Assembly: GCA_051599415.1 (NCBI GenBank)
Contig: AP039710.1
Span: 62,001 to 126,000 of the forward strand
Direction: 5' to 3'
DNA: 64,000 bases
From: Savitreella phatthalungensis
Taxonomy: Eukaryota
The notes beneath the pieces are model-generated. The model was given only the letters and a program-made list of their open reading frames with translations, made no database searches and was not told where the DNA came from. The position numbers and the translations under genes were made by a program. Shown here one piece after another: positions 41,750 through 53,000 of this stretch; position 1 is the first letter of the stretch; each line of letters begins with the position of its first letter.

Positions 41750-44467
41750 AATTGAAATAGAACGAGTGTAAGGACCGAAAGGTGAAAAGGTCGGGTGAGA
41801 TAAACGAAAGTCTTGAGGTGAGAATTGGTTTGAGGAGAGAAAGGTGGAAGTGGGCGGATCGACTCTTATACGTAGGAAGAAGATGATGATGAAGAAGAAG
41901 GAGAGGAAGAAGAGGCAGAAGAGCGAGCGATAGACACGGACATACGCAACGGGAAAAGCTTAAGTGAGCTTGAGTGGTTGGGAGGAGCTCATTCATGCTC
42001 AGGCGCTCGAGGAATGTTCGGCTCGGGTTCGAATGACATGTGTCTCGACCTAACTTGCGTGATGGCGATGAATCAACTTGTCCAGGCACTTCGAAGGCTG
42101 TACAGATGGCTTGTGAAAGTGACCACGGCCGAGATTTGGAACTCAGAATAGCTTTGAAGCTACAGGCCTTGGGACTCGGGATCAACCTAAACGCCTTTTG
42201 GTACCAGGCCATGTCTCGGACGGGACGGGACGGTGGTTGCCTAGCTTGCAAGAGAGTTTTTGAAGCTGATGAAGGTGGACGGCAATGATGTCTTGTCGAG
42301 CATGATGAACTATTTTGAGCTTTTAACCCTTTTGAGTTGAGCTCCCGAGAACGAGGAAGAATGAAGCAGTACCAAGATGACGACGCTGCAAATGTATAAT
42401 CCAGCTCAAAATCCTGCCAATTGAGAATAACCCAAATGAAGATGTGGTGGTACAAGGGCTGTCGGTCAAGAATGCCACAAGTGAGTGAACGGAGATTCTG
42501 GCCGATAACCGAGAAGTGTTACGGGAGTGAGTAAAGTAGTCTTGCTGCAGTGTTATCCTCTTCAGGACATAGATCTGCTGTGGACTCTAGTGACCATGTG
42601 CAAAATGTCTCGTTTGTTATTTGTTTTGGGTCTGACCCTGAATCTGCTGCGGGTCAAAGATGGAAATGAGAGACAGTTACAACCGTCGGATAGACCGAAA
42701 AGATAGGCTACCCGAATAGCAGAATACCATGAGGTGAGGGATCGGCCGGTAGTGGCTCAGATTGGGATGATGATGAGATGAGATGGAAAATGAGATGAGA
42801 TGAAATGAGACGAGATGAATGATCTGTTCTGGAGGCGATGGAGTACTCTCTTTGGCAGTTCAGGTAGATATCGATCGGAGGACTTGCCCTATTTGCATTC
42901 AGCTTCTAGCGGGTCCAGCCTATCACTCTTCGTGTCACCCATGCTCTCCTGTGAACATAGGAACCTGGCCGACGAGGGATCTGGTCGAATGTGTTTATCC
43001 AGGTGGGTTAACAGAATAATAGCATTCCCAAGGACAAAGCCTCTTAAACGCCTCCCGTCTTTGCCCTCTTGCCTTCAATAGATACATGACCTATGTTGTC
43101 GTGTTTGATGAGCAGGCTAGTGACGGTAGAAAGATGACATGTGAAATTTCACCACTGGAATTAAGCTTTTTTCCCGTGAATGGGTTGCAGAACCTGATAT
43201 GCACAGAGCGAATCTCAACGTGGTACTGGTACTGGTACTGGGACTAGTACTTCTACTGGTATCGGCAGAGTGCAGCTTTGAGGAGAGCAGGTCGTACGTC
43301 GCTGTGCACTGCGTCGAGATATTCATCGTCGGCTTGAGCAGTAGCCGTCAGCGTCAACGTCCGCATCGCTTATGCTGATCGAGCTCATACCGCGTAGCTG
43401 AAGTAGTCAATTCTGCAAGGCACCGGAATGTAGATCTGCCTCGCTTCACCCATTCCTTCGTTGGTGCTCGTTTGACAGCGATGTCTTGACCAGATGAGCG
43501 CATTGATTCAAATTGATAGCATTCACGGGTAGACAGACATGTCTACAGTAGTCGTTCCCCGCTAAACTCACCTGAAAGGTCAGAAGACTGGTCGACCGGC
43601 TGACTGACTGACGGACAACCGACTGACTGGCTAGTTCGTACAGCTAGCCAAAGAGCTAGCTGTACCGCTTGCTGACTGTATCCCAGCACACTGGTCAGCG
43701 ACGATGATGATGAACATCTCATGAACCTGTTAACGACATTCCAGAGTCCAACCTCCCAAGCTATTCCCGTGTCCAGCACACTGATGCACAGTCAGCCCTC
43801 GACTTGCTCGTTGTCCATAGACACAACTACAGAATTCCGTCACCGCACCGCTCTACTTATGACGTTGGCATCATCTTCAGTCACGTCACGCACTCTCCAT
43901 GTCGATGAATTCCCTTGATGACGACATTCTACTCTATCCGATACAAAGCATGCTATGCTATACACCTGCATTCATCGGGACTCGCATATGCCCGATCGAT
44001 GTTGCTCATGAGGTGCGGGTAGGGAGCAGGCGGATGTCATATGCACATGGTCAGCTCCTTGTGCATCGTTTCGTGAGTCTTGTGTTTTAGTTAGATGATC
44101 TGTGATGGATCCACGAGGCAATGTTCTATCTGAGTTAAGTCAGAGTCATGAAACATGCCGATCGATTTAGTGCAACGTGCATGTGTGCATGTGTGGATGT
44201 ATGCTGTATGCATTTGTGCATGATTTCGTCAATCAAACTTTCGTTTGCTTGGTTGTTTCCACATATCGCACGAGAGCGAGAGCTTTGTTTCAGAGTTCTG
44301 CTATCTGGATGGGGTGAGGACAGGAATAGCAACAACCCATCCTGTTCAACTCGTTCAATATGAAACCAAGTCTGCATCCATCGTGATACAGTAGCTGCAT
44401 ACATCGCAGCTAGTTATCATGCAGTATCTATATTTCGTTTCATCCATAGGCAAAGCTAGGTCAGTAG

Positions 44468-44525
44468 GTCAGTCAATCAGTCAGTCAATCAGTCAGTCAG
44501 TCAGTCAGTCAGTCAGTCAGTCAGT
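44468..44525. repeat. (GTCA)n tetranucleotide microsatellite
   Basis: About 14 copies of GTCA with two ATCA variants. Confidence 0.9.
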
Positions 44526-45496
44526 ATACTGTGCATCGGTTCAGTAGATTATAATATACTCATCTGCAACCTGGAGTCATGCACGTAGAGCACACGCACA
44601 AGATGTAAATTGCAGTGCTGCAGTACTTTCTATACAAGTCGTCATCGTCAGGCAAACAACGATTATATTGTGCATACATACATATGGGTCGACATTGTCT
44701 CTGCTCACGTGCTTGACAACGGTGGGTCACACCACTGATGGATGTCTGTGTATCCTGTGCTCGATGCTACTGCAGTATCCGCCTCGCTCCACCGCCGCTC
44801 ATTCCATGTCCTGTCCTGCACGTACCGCTAGTCTCTCACGATAGCCGGCTCACTGTCTGTAAAGGGAACCGCCCGAAGCACCGAACAAGGCCATTGTACG
44901 AGCACGAGCACAGAAACGGGTGATGGGCCAGAAGGAGAAATAGAACTACGCACCCACGCACCTTTCCGATACAAGACTTATTTTAGAAGCTGAAAGGGTG
45001 AATTTCCGGATTTGTGCATTCGGAAGAAAATCTCGGGATTAGGGTTATTCCGGGATCAAACATGTGCATCAGACTCGTACCAGGTTCGAATTCAATCTAA
45101 ATTCATATTAAATTTATATGTCACTTTATCAGTTTCGATTGTGTCGGAGATAGAATAGTAGTTTGTGCACGTGATTGTCATTGTCAGGGTGGTCACTCTT
45201 GCTAGGATCTCATCTTGTCCATACCTCTTAACTCAGCAGCATTTGCAGCATCAAGTCGCATTCATCGTCCATGAAGGCACTTGTACTGCAGCTCTGTCTT
45301 TCATGAATGGGTCCCAGCACTCTCGAGCATTCTCAGTACGTGTTTGTCCGTTGTGACTCCAATCGTCAGTGACTTTCTCGTAGTACAGCCATCATTGACA
45401 GAAGTACTCAAACGTAATGTAATACACTGCCAAAATACGAACAAGGTCGTTCATTCTTGCTCTTGTTCTCGTTCACCCTCGGACCTCGTGTCACAT

Positions 45497-46633
45497 CTAG
45501 TCCCTGGTCACTGCGAACGTCAAGTCGCCCTTTCCCACCAGCATGTCGACGGCATGCCGAGAGTAACCTTCTCCCATCCATCCCTCTGCGCGCTCTGGCA
45601 TCTCCCCAGGCTTGCTCCGGGTCTGCCATGTGACAGCAGGCGCATCGATCTTGAGTTGTCCCATATCAGCAGCGAGCAAGATCTCACCGATGTATGACTT
45701 TGGCCAGCTGATAAGTGCCTTGCCGCTGTCAACCTTGAGACTCGCCGTCGTGCCCCTGTAAAAATGATCCTGAAGTTTGAGCGACAAATCACCCTTCCCG
45801 ACATGCATGTCCACCCGCGCCCCTTCACTCCCTGGCGACCAGCCAATATCAAGATCGACCTTGCCGTCTGCCACGATGACCTCCATCTCGTTTGTCAACA
45901 GGAGTGACCCAGACACCCGTCCCTCGTCCACCTTGATCACAGTCTTGGCGATGTGGAGTCTCGAACCACCTGCTGAAGTCACAGAACCACTGCCCAGCCG
46001 GACTACCAGCTCAGGCAGAGAGCCGTACGATGACTCGTGGATCAGGATGTCTGCGTGTGGGAATATCAGCCCGATGTATCGCATTGGCGCCGACACAGGC
46101 ATCAGCACTTGCACTCCAATCTCGATACACTTCTGCCGCATGGCGAGCGATCCCGGCTGAGCGAGTGTCGACAGCTTCAACACCCCGCCGATCCAATCGA
46201 TCTTGAACGCATCCTGCCTGAGCGGCTTCGTCGCCTTCACCCGCGTTACCACACGCAGCGTCTCGTCCGTGTTCCGGCCGAGGACAACAGTGATGGCGTG
46301 TGTGACTTCGCCAGCATGAGCACCCACCGTCAGATCTTCGTGCATGATCCGTAGATCCTCGTCAAGTGGAACGACTAAGTCATCATACTGCCCATGCCAA
46401 CTGTGCGTCGCGCCAGGACCACATCCCAGCGAACCCGTGGTAGCGTCTCCAGAGGATGTCAATCTACCGGAGAAGACACGCGTATAAATCAAGTAGAGCG
46501 ACAGTATGACAAGGATCAGCGTCGTCCATGGGTGTCTCCTGAAAACCTGACCCCTTGGAGAACGCATCTCCCATTCGACCTGCTTCTCCGACGTCAGTCT
46601 GATCTGCGACCTTTTCGATTCCCTTCGAGCCAT
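45497..46633 (-). CDS. Type II membrane protein with DUF4097-like (putative adhesin) beta-strand repeats
   Basis: Basic N-terminus, one TM segment, CIEIGVQVLMP, then repeated ..G.V/L.. beta units (LGSGSV, VDEGRV, VADGKV, VGKGDL, VDSGKA, ADMGQL). Confidence 0.65.
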   Translation of the reverse strand: MARRESKRSQIRLTSEKQVEWEMRSPRGQVFRRHPWTTLILVILSLYLIYTRVFSGRLTSSGDATTGSLGCGPGATHSWHGQYDDLVVPLDEDLRIMHEDLTVGAHAGEVTHAITVVLGRNTDETLRVVTRVKATKPLRQDAFKIDWIGGVLKLSTLAQPGSLAMRQKCIEIGVQVLMPVSAPMRYIGLIFPHADILIHESSYGSLPELVVRLGSGSVTSAGGSRLHIAKTVIKVDEGRVSGSLLLTNEMEVIVADGKVDLDIGWSPGSEGARVDMHVGKGDLSLKLQDHFYRGTTASLKVDSGKALISWPKSYIGEILLAADMGQLKIDAPAVTWQTRSKPGEMPERAEGWMGEGYSRHAVDMLVGKGDLTFAVTRD

Positions 46634-46884
46634 AGACCAAGACTACGCGAGACAGACGGCGACAGCGACCTAGAGACGTCGAGGTTGTCGTCTTAGAGTC
46701 GTCCGTTGTCTTACCCCGTACGACCTTTCACCTAAGCGCTCTGTCGGCTGTTTCCAAATTTAGCAGTCGACGCCGAATCAGGACATCGCTCAAAAACATG
46801 CACGTCATACGTCAACACAAAAACGCTCGGAAGAGGTCTTCACGCAGCTCCTCACCGTATTCTGGGTCGTAATTCCCTCAGATT

Positions 46885-48498
46885 ATGAGCAGAGTCACTC
46901 TCAGACGACACGTCAGAGGCCTAGCAACAGTGCAGCCTGCTCCACCAGCTTCTATTGCGGTTCTAGGAGGAGGTATCGCAGGTCTTTCAGCAGCATACTT
47001 CTTACAGAAGCAGCTTCCACCATCTACAAAACTCACAGTGTACGACAAAGCCCCACGGATAGGAGGCTGGGTCTCCAGTAAGACGCTACAGGCGGAAAAT
47101 AGCACACAATTCGTCTTTGAGGAAGGTCCAAGATCGTTGAGGCCAGCAGGATTACCTGGCCTGAGCGCGCTCGACCTCGTATACGAGCTCGGCCTCGAGG
47201 ACAAGCTGATCCTGGTACCAAAAACCTCTGCCTCAGCAAAGAACCGCTTTATCTACTTTGCAGGCAAGGTTCGCAAAGCGCCTTCCTCCTTCCTCGGCGC
47301 ACTGAACTTTATCCTCTTTAGCCCGCTCTCAAAAGGTCTGATCCCTGGGATCCTCCGTGAGCCCTTTCGTCGCAACCGCCCTCGTGGGGCAACCGACGAA
47401 TCCATACGAGACTTTGTAGGCCGCAGGTTCAGCCCGTATATCGCAGATAACCTGTTCTCCGCCATCATCCACGGCGTCTACGCTGGCGACATTACAAAGC
47501 TCTCCATTCGGTCAACCCAGCCGCTCTTCTGGGACCTTGAGTCCAAGGCTGGGTCGATCGTCCGGGCACTCTGGAAAGGACACAAACGAGCAACGCTCAT
47601 GCCGGAAGAGGACAAGCAACTCCTCAAACACCTCGAGAACAAGCGTCCCGAGCTCGCATCTACCATCAAATCGACCAGCATCTACACATTCAAGAACGGG
47701 ATCCAGGACATGACGGACGCGCTACAGACACACCTTGCCGGCTGCAAGAACGTTGAGATTCGCTGTGGACAGCGTGTGTCGTCTCTCGCAGCTGACGGCG
47801 CAGTCACAAGCACGTCCTCCACCGACGACGAGACTCCGCAGACTGAGCAATTCGACCACATCGTCTCCGCCTTGCCCTCAACACAACTAGCACTCGCCCT
47901 AGCACCATCTCTGCCATCGCACGCACGCGACATCCTCTCAGGCATCCCGTCTGTGACTGTTGCGGTGGTGAACCTGTACTACGACGACCCTTCGGTGCTG
48001 CCGGTCGAGGGATTTGGGTACTTGATTCCGCGGTCGGTCTCTGTTTCAGAGAACCCTGGACATGTGCTTGGGGTTGTGTTTGACAGCTCTTCTGTGCCTT
48101 CTCAGGACACTGCTCGGGGTACGAAAGTGACTTGCATGATCGGCGGCCACCACTGGGGGACCAGTCCGTCTCCACCCCATAACGACAGCCTGATCGCCAC
48201 TGCTCGCGATATCCTCCACCGCCACCTGAACGTGCCCACGACCACGGTACCCCACACGACCAACGTCGCCCTCCAGAGGGACTGTATCCCGCAGTACCAC
48301 GTCGGCCATGGTGCTCGCATGCGCACACTCCACCACCACCTCCACGCAAACCACCGGAACCTGACCGTCGTCGGAGCATTCTACGCCGGCGTCAGCGTCA
48401 ACGACTGCATCCTCAACGCCAGGAAAGCCGCCTACGCCATCGCCAACACACACGCCCACACAGCCACAGGTCTAGAGTCGTTCGCCAACTGGCAATGA
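46885..48498 (+). CDS. HEM14: Protoporphyrinogen oxidase
   Basis: GGGIAGLSAAY (FAD binding), RIGGW, FEEGPRSLRP, DESIRDF..RRF, GVYAGDI..LS, GFGYLIP, CIPQY.VGH and GVSVNDCI. Confidence 0.95.
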   Translation: MSRVTLRRHVRGLATVQPAPPASIAVLGGGIAGLSAAYFLQKQLPPSTKLTVYDKAPRIGGWVSSKTLQAENSTQFVFEEGPRSLRPAGLPGLSALDLVYELGLEDKLILVPKTSASAKNRFIYFAGKVRKAPSSFLGALNFILFSPLSKGLIPGILREPFRRNRPRGATDESIRDFVGRRFSPYIADNLFSAIIHGVYAGDITKLSIRSTQPLFWDLESKAGSIVRALWKGHKRATLMPEEDKQLLKHLENKRPELASTIKSTSIYTFKNGIQDMTDALQTHLAGCKNVEIRCGQRVSSLAADGAVTSTSSTDDETPQTEQFDHIVSALPSTQLALALAPSLPSHARDILSGIPSVTVAVVNLYYDDPSVLPVEGFGYLIPRSVSVSENPGHVLGVVFDSSSVPSQDTARGTKVTCMIGGHHWGTSPSPPHNDSLIATARDILHRHLNVPTTTVPHTTNVALQRDCIPQYHVGHGARMRTLHHHLHANHRNLTVVGAFYAGVSVNDCILNARKAAYAIANTHAHTATGLESFANWQ

Positions 48499-48600
48499 CC
48501 ACAAAGCATCTCCTGTATATACCAACTACATTGACATTCTCTACTTGTCAGTCCTACATCTCGATCGTTATGTTTCGTACCAAGCCGTGTCGTGTCATTC

Positions 48601-49449
48601 CTATCGTCGTCCAGGTGCAGATGTACTAGGCTTGCGGTCTGCCTGAGCGAGTGGTTGTTTCCTGACAGGCTGCGAGGTGGGTCTGCGCGCGGGTACCGGA
48701 GCTGCAAGACGGTGTCTAGGCCCGTTAGCGACCGCTGCGACCACCGATGGTGGTGTGTGGAGAGCGACGGGTTTGCGAAGATCCGCAGGAGCACCTGTGG
48801 CTGGTTGGCGTACGGGTGCTGGGGCTCCGGGTGTCTTGGTGATTCCGTGTCCATACCTGACGTTCGTTCCTGGTTTTGTGGCTGAGGAGAGAGCTCCCTT
48901 GATTGCCTTTGAGATGATGGTGTTGCCGAGTGTGCGGGCACGTTGTGGTGTGGTGGTGTTGTGCTGGAGGAGTCTGCGCTTTGTGCGAGGAGCGCCTGGA
49001 AGTGAAGTCGTGCTGAGTTCTCTCGCACGCTTGCCCTGACGGGTCTCTTCGAGCGTGCTGTACTTGTCGCGTACGCGCTGTGCGGCTTCCGCCTCACGCC
49101 GCTTACGATCCTCCTCCAGCAGCCGGTAGCTCGTCCGCCAGTCAATCTGCGCTGGGCCGTCGGCGGTGAAGAGCGAGCTGCCGGATGTGATGGTGGGTAG
49201 CTCGAAGTCGTCCACCGCCGTAGGGAACACCTTCTCAACCAGACCCTCCCACAACACCATCACCTCATCCACCACCCAAGGAGACGTCTCCTCGAGCGCA
49301 GCGAGCGATCGAGCGTTCACATGCTTCAGCAACGTCACAAGCACGTCCGATGGGATACCAGGCGGAATCGACGTGTACAACGGCCCTCGACGGAGTGACA
49401 TGAATGTCGCTGCCGTCTCTACACATCGATCTCGGAGGCTCATCATCAT
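48601..49449 (-). CDS. ELA1: Elongin A-like protein (Pol II elongation / CRL substrate receptor)
   Basis: BC-box-like SLRDRC, L..LEE.SP, LW..LV...F, DWR..Y..L, and a coiled coil ..R.KY..L. Confidence 0.75.
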   Translation of the reverse strand: MMMSLRDRCVETAATFMSLRRGPLYTSIPPGIPSDVLVTLLKHVNARSLAALEETSPWVVDEVMVLWEGLVEKVFPTAVDDFELPTITSGSSLFTADGPAQIDWRTSYRLLEEDRKRREAEAAQRVRDKYSTLEETRQGKRARELSTTSLPGAPRTKRRLLQHNTTTPQRARTLGNTIISKAIKGALSSATKPGTNVRYGHGITKTPGAPAPVRQPATGAPADLRKPVALHTPPSVVAAVANGPRHRLAAPVPARRPTSQPVRKQPLAQADRKPSTSAPGRR

Positions 49450-49690
49450 CGTCGTTGTCGTCCGTGTTGGTGCATCTTGAGGGAGCTGTCCGAGCCTTTA
49501 TCCTTGGTGAGTGGCCTTGTAGATGAGTCGTGGTGGTGACGAAGGACTCGCGACATTACGTTTGCGTTTTCCCCACACATTCTCCAGCTCGCACAGATTG
49601 ATTTGTGGGATTTATGAATGCATGGTCAGCGTCCTCGACGACGTCACTCTTCGGAAGACGGGCCTTCGAGGGTGTTGGGACCGGCGAGGA

Positions 49691-49988
49691 ATGTCGATAC
49701 CGGTACCGCAGATCGTGGTGTCGCGCGTGGACAACGGCGCGCTGGGACACGGCGAGATCGACGGGCCTGAAGGTAAGTGTGTGGAGGCGCACGTCTTGAG
49801 AAGGAGTGGAATGACTTGCTGACGCGACCACAGGAAGCGACAGACACACGGCATTCGTGTCGCATGCCGCCGACTACAGAGAAGCGCGAGAGGAAGTGAT
49901 AGAGGACGCCGGTGACCCGATCGATAAGCTCGGTCGCGATCCTAAAGAGGCCGACAGGGAGAAAGATGTAGATAGTAGTAAGAGCTAA
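49691..49988 (+). CDS. Small spliced acidic protein (78 aa); exons 49691-49772 and 49834-49988
   Basis: Canonical intron joins the exons in frame to give MSIPVPQIVVSRVDNGALGHGEIDGPEGSDRHTAFVSHAADYREAREEVIEDAGDPIDKLGRDPKEADREKDVDSSKS*. Upstream in-frame ATGs exist (49523, 49622). Confidence 0.62.
49773..49833 (+). other. Spliceosomal intron (61 nt)
   Basis: AG|GTAAGT donor, GCTGAC branch site (49818-49823), CAG acceptor. Confidence 0.72.
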
Positions 49989-50056
49989 GATTAAAAACCT
50001 GGGAGATCCTCACAGTACTGGCTCTGGGCTAGCTCGAGCGAGATCAAGATCGAAGG

Positions 50057-53000
50057 TTAAGTAAATAGGACGTGCAGGATAGCGTCGTCGACGAGGTTGT
50101 CAGTCGACAGGTTGCGCGGGTGATTGTTCGACGAAGACGAGGAGCGAGCATACGAGACTTCGTAGTGGAGCAATGGTAGTCTTCTGATCCAATCACCAAT
50201 GGGAAGCTCGCCTTGCTCTGTATCGTAGTCGTGCTCTTGATTGTCTGCATGGGGGATAGCAAGCTCTGCGTGAAGAGCAGAACGGAAGGTCTCGCCGTTG
50301 AATCCGACAGGGAGCTTTTGTGCGAGCTCGATGAAGAACGGGGCGAGAGGTCGAGTGTCTGACGCCGCAATCCCTGGCAGATTTGCGGATGACGGGTTGC
50401 GGGAGGATAACGAGGTTGTCGTGCTCGGGAAGACTGCCTCGACGGTGTCTGTGAGGAAGAGCCATTCGTGGAGTTGCGCTTCCGGTGGCGATATGGCGAG
50501 AAGCGTATCGACGAGTCTGGCTGCAGCGATTAGGCTCTGTGAGATGAGATGGTTGTCGGCTGACGTGGTCGTCATTACTGACCCTGAGTCGTCTTTCTTT
50601 CCCGCGCTCTGGCTGCTGCTAGTGGAGTTTGACCCTGGCCAGGCAAAGACGCCTGACTTGGTCGTTGCCTGCTTCCGGTCCCCATTGCCGACGTCTACCA
50701 ATGCATCCGCCGGCACCTTCAGGACCAGATGACGCAGTGTTCTCCGCAACTCTCCCACAATCATCGGGATGAACCCGCGGAGATGCTCTTGTGAGAATCT
50801 GGCAACGACGACCTGTGCCAACAGGAAGGCTTCGGCTCGAAGTGGACTCGTCTGCTTTCCCGCTAGAAGGTCCTTGACGCGTCCGATGATAGCATCCAAC
50901 TTGTCGACAAAGGTGTCCTGAGGCATTGCGAGGATGGAGAGACAGAGTCTCCTGGATTGCTGTGTCTTCCACGCTCTTTCAGAGTCTGCGCTCGCGAACA
51001 GATGTGCTGGCGCGGCTGCGGCGCTCGGCCGTGCTGTGAGGAGCTCGTTAAGCCTGTCTTGGTCGGTGCGCAGCCAGGCTGCAATCACCGTCATCCACAG
51101 ACGAGCTTGCGACAGCCTGGTGGAGCTGAAGAATGTGGAAAGTCCAAAATGATCCATCGCTTCACGTCGCCACGCCTTCTGAACACCTTCCAATCCCGTC
51201 AGCGCAGCCAGCACCGCAATGACGTCGTCGCTCGCTGGCGAACTCGCCGTTGCAGCTTTCAGCGACGGCGCGATATGGTTCGCCATGATCACTGCTGCTG
51301 AAGCTGCCACGCGGTCGGTGTCCAGGCAAGCTGGCTGCAAGTTCGGTATGATCTGGTCTAGGAGCAGCAGTTCGTCTGCGTGCGTGTTGGTTGAGTGGAT
51401 TGCTGCTATGGTCGGTACGAGGAGTTTGTGCATGATGTCGTTGATGTCACGCCGTGCGCGCTTGCTGTCTCTGACCTGTGGCGTGGTATGGAGGATGACG
51501 GCGAGCTGCTGAGCGACGACGTATGCTGTTGCAGAGACGGATGTCGGCGCTGGCATGTTTGAAAGCAGTCGCAGGATATCTGTGAGCTCTGTGAGGGCGC
51601 CACCAACATCCGCTAGCGGGATCTGCCGCCCGACGAGCGCGTTCAGGTATCTTAGAGCTGCAATCGCAGGTGTGCATGTTTGTGCGCGGTCAGGGGATGT
51701 CCAGAGCTGCTTGATTGCGTCGCAGAGTGCCGAGATCGCCTGCGAGATCGAAGATGGCATGATGAGCTCGCGACATACGCTGAGACACGCTGTGCAAAAG
51801 GCCTCGTCCGACTGCTCTGACCAGCATTGTGCAAGGTGGACCACCACAGCATCTGGCGCGGTGTTGTGCGCCGCACGCAGGAGCGACTTTGTCTGTGTCA
51901 GGATCAGTCCAGCGACGTATCGCGTGGACGCGTTCGCGCTGGTTTTGCCTGCAGATGACCACGCCCAAGCACGTACGCCCAGCTTCACGATACTTCGGAG
52001 TGTCTCGACTGTGGAGGCTTGCTTCGGCATAGGAATCGGCGTTGACGGTCTTTCAGCTGCCAGTCCGATGGCGCCGAGTAGACTGCTTGATGAGGTAGCA
52101 GAAACGGTTGGCGGATCATTTGGTGTCTGCGGCACAGACTGCGTTACGGACTGTAGCAGGGCTAGAAGAATGAGAACATTCTCATGAGAGGAGTGCTGGA
52201 TGCCGGTGTCCTTGGCATTGTCACGCGATGAGGCCAAGACGACGTCGAGGTCGACCAAGTTCAGATCCACTTGCTCGCACAGACAGTGTACAAGATCGAG
52301 CGTGAGGTTGGAGGCGTGCATATGGGTGACGAGACCTGTCGCAAAGGTCGCCCAGTCCTGCAGAACCGGATGTGTCCGGGTTGCAGCAAGTCCCTCGGCG
52401 ACGACGTTGAGGAGCAGACGTTTGTCAGTCTGTGCGTTCACCAGTCCGGATAGAGCTTCAAGGAGGCCGTGCTGAAGTGTAAAGAGATGCTGCTCGACTG
52501 CAAGCACGAGGGCATGGACCAGTGGGATTGTGACTGTGACTGCGTAGTCTGATGAGAGACGCTGCAGTATTGTGAGGGCTGTAGAGAAGAGCTCCCAGAG
52601 CTGGATCTCGGTGGTTGAGCTTGTATACGTGCACTTGAGAAGATCAGTGGATGCGGTTGTGATCATGCCGATCATATCTTCCGGTGGTGATACGCGATCG
52701 ACGACTGTTCCCAGGAGTGTTGCTGCGTAGACTGTGGCGTCTAGCGTCTGCCGTTTGACGAGCCTCCGTGTATCAATTTGAAGCCCGAGAAGGGAGATGC
52801 GATCTACGTGCCCGGGTGTGTCTCGTGAAAGGAGAGCCAAAAGCGGGATGTAGATACGCCGCCGGTCAGTCAGTGAGAGCAGCCAGCGTGTGATGTAGCT
52901 CCTGGTCGAGTGAGGACCGAATGCAAATGCATCGATCACGAGTATCAGCGCTTGAGAGAGAATGTCAGTCGCGAGAGTGGGCTCGAGATGAGTCCAGAGT

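Noticed and set aside
45083..45093. GGTTCGAATTC B-box-like motif suggesting a tRNA
   Set aside because: No cloverleaf or A-box in the surrounding sequence.
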